This document shows, piece after piece, positions 56,801 through 61,729 of a DNA stretch of 61,729 nt; within the stretch, counting starts at the first letter, position 1; each line of letters begins with the position of its first letter. The notes beneath the pieces are model-generated. The model saw nothing but the letters and a program-made list of their open reading frames with translations, did not search any database and was not told where the DNA came from. Origin of the DNA: an uncultured Acidimicrobiia bacterium (GTDB lineage Bacteria > Actinomycetota > Acidimicrobiia > Spongiisociales > JAENVV01); NCBI GenBank assembly GCA_964600365.1, contig CAZRJG010000006.1, positions 1 through 61,729 of the forward strand, in the 5' to 3' direction. The position numbers and the translations under genes were made by a program.

Positions 56801-57007
56801 GCCGTGCAGGAGGCGGGTGGACCCCACGATGTCCACGAACATGACCGTGAGGAGCTTGCGGGACCTGGGGACCTCTTCGGACTCTGTGAGCTTGGCCCGC
56901 AGCACCTCGATCGTGGCATCGACCACGGCGTCACCCAGCGTCCCACGCAGGCCTTCCTGCGCTTCGATGGCCGCTTCCAGTTGTGCCCTGTCGGGCGTGG
57001 CCTCCAC
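53804..57007 (-). CDS. Class III cyclase - AAA/STAND ATPase - TPR multidomain signalling protein
   Basis: GGAGGAG RBS then GTG; MFVDIVGST and FMGDG; LVGRERE, GDAGIGKSRL, EDLHWAD and SGGNPF; TPR tail. Confidence 0.9.
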   Translation of the reverse strand: MEATPDRAQLEAAIEAQEGLRGTLGDAVVDATIEVLRAKLTESEEVPRSRKLLTVMFVDIVGSTRLLHGRDPEETMAVLDAALSRLAGAVADNAGRVTRFMGDGFLAIFGLPRARENDPERAVRAGLAILADAQRIAEDLEETHSLDGFAVRVGVSTGLVVAGGRTEAADTIMGDTVALAARLEQAAPPGGMLISVATQRHVRGRFTIEDAGPVEAKGFGEPVAAYLVTGTAEQSVGREGVALVGRERELARLEVLLRSTPSAPITILGDAGIGKSRLLEEAIRTLPADVPVLRGFVRVERGDVPFDLIASLLLERASQLGMDGDPADRCLAALRADGVSPEGAESIVRLVGFAPAAAGDPTLNLQRANRHLVDWLGRLGAGSGLVLAVEDLHWADVASLDVLELLTRRLVEAGGVMVATARKDLLVTRPDWGVGHEWMHLDALSRSDAVVQIEALAGAPAGSGGPLAERIAEMSGGNPFHAGELFRMVVDEGLVGEGAALGSISPELLDAARVPPTMAGVVQARIEAMPSSHQRVLEVAALIGGVFWDVMLGDLLTVAEEDLDEALSELMFREMVSLRHPSGLDGATEYGFQHEVTRSVAYDGMLRGRRISLHGAVADWLGNRMERPSGEFAGVRAVHLERAGRTEEAVDCYIDAARAALGGSALTNADDFVTRGLAIVGDDGDRRFSLLSVREEVLGRRGQWDERARTLDELLELAGGDPGKTAQVRMGQTWLHYFRGEMSDAEVVARMAVDAAAATSDLALQASAGVVLVWSRWGSQSAAATIPEAEGLLSLAVRSGSEEVVGDVRNLLGLLLLQTREFSGARRHLELNLASAQAASDLRAESKSLNNLAVAEVGLGRYADARAHFTRFKKIADEIGDEVNSTMARTNLLWVTVCEEEWDVALEVAPGVLADQERIGHKDAVAETLMWFGHAALAAGDAPRALEIYERAHDLRREIGQGALLVGAAAGVAYAALVAGQEKLAREWATRVREAIDRDPELTGTWEPLLIHLRCARVFEALGEPDVEHLLSRAREMVRRQAARIDDPVDRQTFLERVPWNRELLEG

Positions 57008-57160
57008 GTCACTCCTCCGCTCGAGGCGCCGAGCCGACCCAACCTCCGGGGGGTCGATCGCATCACCATACGTTCGGGTTGACAGGATCGCGCCCACGGT
57101 TCGTTCGCGACGCCTGGCGGGGTCGATTCCCCGTATCCTCGCTCGTCGAGGAGGAGCGGC

Positions 57161-58141
57161 ATGACATTGAGTGCGCAGAAGGAGACAGCCTTCGACCGGG
57201 TGTCCGGGCTGTGGGTGGCGATTCCCACTCCGTTCACCTCGGATGGGACGACCATCGATGCAGCCTCGCTCCGCCGATCCGTCGAGCATTACGTCTCGGG
57301 GATCGAGGTGGACGGCATCTTCTGCGGCGGGATGATGGGCGAGTTCTGGGCGATGACCCTGGAGGAACGGCGCACCGTCCACGAGCTCGTGACCGACACG
57401 GTCGCGGGGCGGATCCCGGTGATGGGCCAGACGAGCCACCACGTCTTCGGGCACACCGTCGATCTCACCCGCCACGCCGAGGAGATCGGGATGGACTTCG
57501 CAATCGTGATGAACCCCTACTTCCCACCGAGACCGTCCGACGATCTCGTCGTTGCGTGGTACGAAGCCTTGGCACAGCGGACGTCGATCCCCCTCTTCCT
57601 GTTCAACACCGCGTACTCGGGCTACTCGATCTCACACGACCTCATCGCCCGGCTGTGCGACATCGACGCCGTATGCGGCATCAAGCACCCCAAACCCAAG
57701 GACGACGTGATCGCCCTGTTGGACGGGGTGGGCGACCGCATCGTGGTCTGCGATGCCTCGGAGGACGGGTGGCTCGACCTCCACCTCGACCACGGCCTGC
57801 GTGCGCTCATGTCCACACCGGCGCTCGCCATGTTCCAGACGGCCGACGACAGGCCCGTGCTCGACTACACGAGGGCCGCACAGCGAGGCGATGTCAACGA
57901 GGCACGACGCATCAGCGCCACGCTCTCACCGCACCGTGACGCCTTCCAGCGTTGGATGCGTGACCCATGGCTCACGCGCAAGGAAGGTGCGGTACCGATC
58001 GCGGAGTTGAAGGCGTGGCTCGGCTTCATGGGCCTCGACCAGGGGCCGGTGCGGTTGCCCCTCGTGCCGCTCCCCAACGAACGGCTCGCGGAGATCAGGG
58101 TGGACGTGGAACGACTCGGCCTCCTCGGCTCGATCGACTGA
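57161..58141 (+). CDS. Dihydrodipicolinate synthase/NAL-family aldolase (probably not DapA)
   Basis: AIPTPF, G..GEF..MT.EER, Schiff-base GIK and GPVRLPL. Confidence 0.85.
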   Translation: MTLSAQKETAFDRVSGLWVAIPTPFTSDGTTIDAASLRRSVEHYVSGIEVDGIFCGGMMGEFWAMTLEERRTVHELVTDTVAGRIPVMGQTSHHVFGHTVDLTRHAEEIGMDFAIVMNPYFPPRPSDDLVVAWYEALAQRTSIPLFLFNTAYSGYSISHDLIARLCDIDAVCGIKHPKPKDDVIALLDGVGDRIVVCDASEDGWLDLHLDHGLRALMSTPALAMFQTADDRPVLDYTRAAQRGDVNEARRISATLSPHRDAFQRWMRDPWLTRKEGAVPIAELKAWLGFMGLDQGPVRLPLVPLPNERLAEIRVDVERLGLLGSID

Positions 58142-58178
58142 ACACCACCGCTCGGGGTGGCGGGAACTGCGAAGAGCC

Positions 58179-58355
58179 TCAGCAGCTCTTGACGCCAAGG
58201 AGGGACTGGGCCCTCGAGGCGTGCTCAGCGGGCACACACATCACGTGGTACCGCACCTCGTCGAAGAAGAACGTGGGCTGCCCGCTCCGGACCTCGTGCT
58301 CGCAGCCCCCACAGGTCGGGGCGTGCTCCTTGCGCTCCTCGGATCGTTCGTCCAT
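58179..58355 (-). CDS. Putative 58-aa zinc-finger microprotein
   Basis: CGGC-x18-HVMC metal-ligand spacing; coding-like codons. Confidence 0.5.
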   Translation of the reverse strand: MDERSEERKEHAPTCGGCEHEVRSGQPTFFFDEVRYHVMCVPAEHASRAQSLLGVKSC

Positions 58356-58685
58356 CCGACAAGCGTAGGAGGCGAGTGGGACCACTCGCCGACCCTCCGC
58401 CGGTTCTCGACCGGCGGCCAAACGCGGTCGCCGCTGACCACGAACCTCGTTGAGCGCGGTGGAGCCGCAGCAGCACGAAGCCGGGGAGGAGTGTTCCCGA
58501 CAGCGAGGCGGGACGGAGCGGAGTTCTCCCGACAGCGCCCGCGGACCCCAGGACCGTATAACAGAGGTGCGGAGGCGCCCCCGATGGGTGCACCGGTGAC
58601 CTTCCTCACCGGGACGCCGATCTCGGGTACAGACAGTCCTCCACACGGTCGAGGAATCGGTTCGCTCGACTGAAAGGAGAACAGC

Positions 58686-58901
58686 ATGCAATCGACCCAC
58701 ACCGACGGGGGCGCGTGGAGCTACCTCCTCGAGCTCACCGATCACCCCTCACCGAAGCGTGTCACACGTTTCGCCCTGAAGGGGTTCGCCACTGCCTCGC
58801 TCTACATAGGGGTGTTGGCAGCACTGGGCGTGTTCACCGGGGCTGTGTGGTGGTTCTCCGCCGGTGCCGTGAGCATCGCGCTGTTGGGGGTGGTTCGGTA
58901 G
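58686..58901 (+). CDS. Small membrane protein (71 aa)
   Basis: Strong GAAAGGAG RBS; two TM segments. Confidence 0.65.
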   Translation: MQSTHTDGGAWSYLLELTDHPSPKRVTRFALKGFATASLYIGVLAALGVFTGAVWWFSAGAVSIALLGVVR

Positions 58902-59322
58902 GCGATCTCGTCCGACTGACCTTCCCTCGGTTCCCGGTCCGATCCTTCCTATGGGGCCGGGAACCGGCGCGTCGGGAGACACTCCCCGCCTGGGCCCTCA
59001 AGAGTGCGCTCCGCCTGGGGTCGGCGCGCACGCGCTCGAGACCGACGACCGGAAACGGAGGGAATTGCCTGACATGCGAGCCCATGGGGACGGGGTATAA
59101 CTGAAGAAGCAGGTCAGGGTTCGAGGGTCCTTCGAGCGCCTGAGGTCGCCCCAGACGACCCTTTCCCTGCGGGACACCTCCAGAGAGGAGCGCCGTGCGC
59201 ACGATGGGCATGCGGTCGACACCGGTCCGCCGATACGCGCCACGCAATGGGGAGCCTGCGCCCGCACGTCCAGCGAGATCGCCTGCCCGCCCCGCGACAC
59301 CTCGCGGCGAACCGGACGCCTG

Positions 59323-60750
59323 ATGCGACGGTTCCCCACGATGCCGGAAGGCCTTCTGCGGCACATCCGCCCCCTCGCCCAGGCGGTGATGTCGGTCGGC
59401 GTCCGAACGAAGATCATCGGCATCGTGTTGGGGGTCACGGTGCTCCTCGGGTCGTCCGTCATCGCACTCGTCCGCAGCAGTGTCAGGGATCAGCTCGTCG
59501 CCGAGCTCCACGAGACGGGCGGCGCGATCGCCACAGACGTTGCAGCGACGGTCTCCCTCCAGGACGTCCGGGAGGGCCAGCCACTCCTGCCCCCGACCCT
59601 CTCGAACGAGATCTCCCACCACGACAACCTTGCCTTCGTTGCCTATGCGCCCGATGGCGCGACCGGGTTCTCGGAGTCGCTCCTGCTCGCGGATTGGGAC
59701 GAGGTCGAGGAGCTCGTTGGCGATCTCAGCGCGATCGGGCCATCCCACGACCATGAATCCACCGTCGATGGAACGACGATCCATGTGTTCCGTTCCCCGG
59801 TGCGAGGCATCGGGGTCGGCACCATCACGATCGGCGTGAGTCAAGCGGCCGTGGACCGCGCCGTCGGGGTACTCACGTTGAAGCTCCTCACCCTCGTCGG
59901 AGCAGTCGCGGTCGCCGGGGAACTCGGCGCGGGCCTCCTCACCTGGTACCTGACCCGCCCGCTCCAGGATCTCGTGGGCCTGACCAAGCGCGTCTCCGAT
60001 GGCGACCTCTCGGTGCGGGCAACCCAATGGAGCTCCGACGAGCTCGGAACCCTCGCTGTGTCCTTCAACCAGATGGCAGAGAGCCTCCAACACGCCCACG
60101 CCGAGAGCGAGGCGTCGGAGCGCATCCGCCAACGCCTCGTCCAGGAGCTCTTCACCGTCCAGGAGGAGGAGCGCCAGCGCATCTCCCGGCTGCTCCACGA
60201 CAGCCTCGGGCAGCGTCTCGGATCCCTCTCGATCACCCTCTCGCAACTCGAGCGATCCCCCGAAGTCGTCGAGGACAGGCTCCCCGAGCTTCGGGAGATC
60301 GCCGTGCGAGCCCTCGAACAGGTGAGGGAGATGTCGCACGAACTGCGTCCGGCCGCCCTCGACTCGCTCGGCCTCGGGGCAGCCCTCAGGCGACATGCGG
60401 AAGACCATGAGCACTCCGCGGAAGGCCTCTCGATCGATGTCCGGGTGGAGTTCGACGATCGCCTTCCGGGCCCTGTGGAGACGACCCTCTATCGGGTGAT
60501 CCAAGAAGCCCTGACCAATGCGGTTCGACACAGCGGAGCGTCCACGATCGGCATACACGTCTCACGGTTCGGAGACGGGGTGAGGGCGATCGTTGAGGAC
60601 GACGGCGCCGGGTTCGACTCCGAGAGCGTGGCGTTGAAGTCGACGGTAGGCCTGCAATCCATGCGGGAGCGGGCCCAGATGATCGGAGGGACCATCCAGG
60701 TCGAGACGGCTGCCTCCGGCACGACCGTGTTCATCGAGGTGCCCCTATGA
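59323..60750 (+). CDS. Sensor histidine kinase (HAMP + HisKA_3 + HATPase)
   Basis: DELG.LA.SFNQM, QEEERQRISR.LHDSLGQ, QEALTNAVRH and DDGAGF. Confidence 0.93.
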   Translation: MRRFPTMPEGLLRHIRPLAQAVMSVGVRTKIIGIVLGVTVLLGSSVIALVRSSVRDQLVAELHETGGAIATDVAATVSLQDVREGQPLLPPTLSNEISHHDNLAFVAYAPDGATGFSESLLLADWDEVEELVGDLSAIGPSHDHESTVDGTTIHVFRSPVRGIGVGTITIGVSQAAVDRAVGVLTLKLLTLVGAVAVAGELGAGLLTWYLTRPLQDLVGLTKRVSDGDLSVRATQWSSDELGTLAVSFNQMAESLQHAHAESEASERIRQRLVQELFTVQEEERQRISRLLHDSLGQRLGSLSITLSQLERSPEVVEDRLPELREIAVRALEQVREMSHELRPAALDSLGLGAALRRHAEDHEHSAEGLSIDVRVEFDDRLPGPVETTLYRVIQEALTNAVRHSGASTIGIHVSRFGDGVRAIVEDDGAGFDSESVALKSTVGLQSMRERAQMIGGTIQVETAASGTTVFIEVPL

Positions 60751-61415
60751 ATACGATCATGATCGCCGACGACCATCGGGTCATGCGCCGGGCCCTTTCG
60801 GCGATGATCGACGACGAGCCCGACCTCGAGGTGGTGGCGCAGGCCGACGACGGGATCGAATGCGTCGAGAAGGTGAAGGCGTTCCGCCCCGACCTCTTGA
60901 TCCTCGACCTGAGCATGCCCGGCCTCGGTGGACTCGAGGTCCTCGCGAGAATCCCTGACCTCAACCCCTCGACCCGCGTCTTGATGCTCACCATGCACGA
61001 CGACGACGAGTACCTCAAGGCAGTGATCGCCGCCGGAGGCGCTGGGTACCTCCACAAGAGCGCCTCTGCCAAGCAGTTGCTGGATGCGATCCGCGCAGTA
61101 CTCGCTGGGAGCGTGTACCTGCTCCCCGGCCAGGCCCGACTGCTCGCCGACGCTCAGTCGGAGCGGGCGGAACACTCCACGGATGGCGGGAGCCGCGGCC
61201 TTTCGATGCTGAGCGATCGGGAGCAAGAGGTGTTCCGGCTCCTGGCCCTCGGACACACGAACGCCGAGGTCGCCGAGCGCCTCTTCATCAGCTCCAAGAC
61301 AGTCGAGACCTACAAGGCCAGACTCTGCAAGAAGCTCGGCATCAAGGGAAGGGTGGCACTCGTCGGCGCAGCGCTCGAACTCGGGGTGCTGAAGCGCACA
61401 GGCGAGGAGGAGTGA
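60747..61415 (+). CDS. NarL/LuxR-family response regulator
   Basis: IADDH, LDLSMP and LSDREQEV...TNAEVAERLFISSKTVETY. Confidence 0.95.
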   Translation: MNTIMIADDHRVMRRALSAMIDDEPDLEVVAQADDGIECVEKVKAFRPDLLILDLSMPGLGGLEVLARIPDLNPSTRVLMLTMHDDDEYLKAVIAAGGAGYLHKSASAKQLLDAIRAVLAGSVYLLPGQARLLADAQSERAEHSTDGGSRGLSMLSDREQEVFRLLALGHTNAEVAERLFISSKTVETYKARLCKKLGIKGRVALVGAALELGVLKRTGEEE

Positions 61416-61450
61416 CGATTCATCCCTGCCCAGTCACAGCACCATCGATC

Positions 61451-61674
61451 GGGGCTGGTGCACGGGTGGGTGACAACTGATCTGGCTTGCCCTGTGGGGG
61501 TGGGCTGGGAGAGGATGTTGTCTATGCCAAAGCCGTATCCGAGAGAGTTCCGTGATGATGTGGTCCGTGTGGCCGAGGGCCGGGACGGGGGCGTGACGTT
61601 GGATCAGATCGCGGCTGAGTTCGGGATCCATCCGATGACGCTGTCGAAGTGGCTGCGTCAGGCCCGCATCGATG
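61451..61674 (+). mobile_element. IS3-family element left end with truncated orfA (ATG 61524)
   Basis: MPKPYPREFRDDVVRVA...LDQIAAEFGIHPMTLSKWLRQA HTH typical of IS3 OrfA; candidate left end GGGGCTGGTGCACGGGTGGGTGACA. Confidence 0.85.
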
Positions 61675-61729
61675 TGAAGCGACCCGGGATTTGTGGAGGC
61701 ATTGATTTCACGGAAAGGTGGAGTTATGC
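61675..61729 (+). mobile_element. Left end of a second IS3-family (IS51/IS6110-like) element inserted in the first
   Basis: TGAAGCGACCCGGGATTTGTGGAGGC resembles the IS6110-type IRL (TGAACCGCCCCGG...GGAGAC); followed by GGAAAGG and ATG at 61726. Confidence 0.7.

Noticed and set aside
58586-58620. Resemblance to a c-di-GMP-I riboswitch (GCAC...GGGACGC)
   Set aside because: Lacks the GCAAAC, GNRA tetraloop and GCAAAG elements; kept only as an unassigned structured leader
61434-61631. 65-aa minus-strand ORF at the window end
   Set aside because: Antisense shadow of the IS3 orfA
1-61729. Many long overlapping or antisense ORFs in the track (e.g. 3961-5859, 21019-22554, 40304-42274, 58834-60558)
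   Set aside because: Arg/Pro/Gly-rich shadow frames expected in high-GC DNA; each overlaps a gene with clear family motifs
1-61729. tRNA, rRNA, tmRNA or CRISPR arrays
   Set aside because: No cloverleaf with T-loop and CCA, rRNA-like segment or repeat-spacer array recognised by eye; a tRNAscan/Rfam run would be needed to exclude them fully

Overview
High-GC, gene-dense bacterial window. Gene content and codon style suggest an actinobacterium, most likely Acidimicrobiia-like (inference). Two large functional loci dominate. (1) 13.5-30.8 kb: a LacI-controlled beta-1,3-glucan utilisation locus with three CebR/CelR-type TGGGAGCGCTCCCA boxes, a sugar ABC transporter, GH16, a GH149-like phosphorylase, GH3 and a frameshifted DUF5107 lipoprotein. 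It also carries what looks like a complete semi-phosphorylative Entner-Doudoroff route (SDR, lactonase, ManD-like dehydratase, KdgK, Eda). (2) 32.6-46.4 kb: a form I aerobic CO dehydrogenase locus (coxMSL with the AYRCSFR motif, XdhC-YHS, coxG, coxD, coxE, extra XdhC genes) surrounded by about ten small uncharacterised ORFs. The best candidate for an undescribed system is an array of five paralog-like single-TM plus amphipathic-helix proteins directly after coxG, together with an 85-aa ORF translationally coupled to coxM. The rest is transport and housekeeping genes, two class III nucleotide cyclases, a two-component system, several broken genes (some may be assembly indels) and two nested IS3-family left ends at the right edge. 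No rRNA, tRNA or CRISPR array was seen. All family assignments are from motif recognition by eye; no database search was run.
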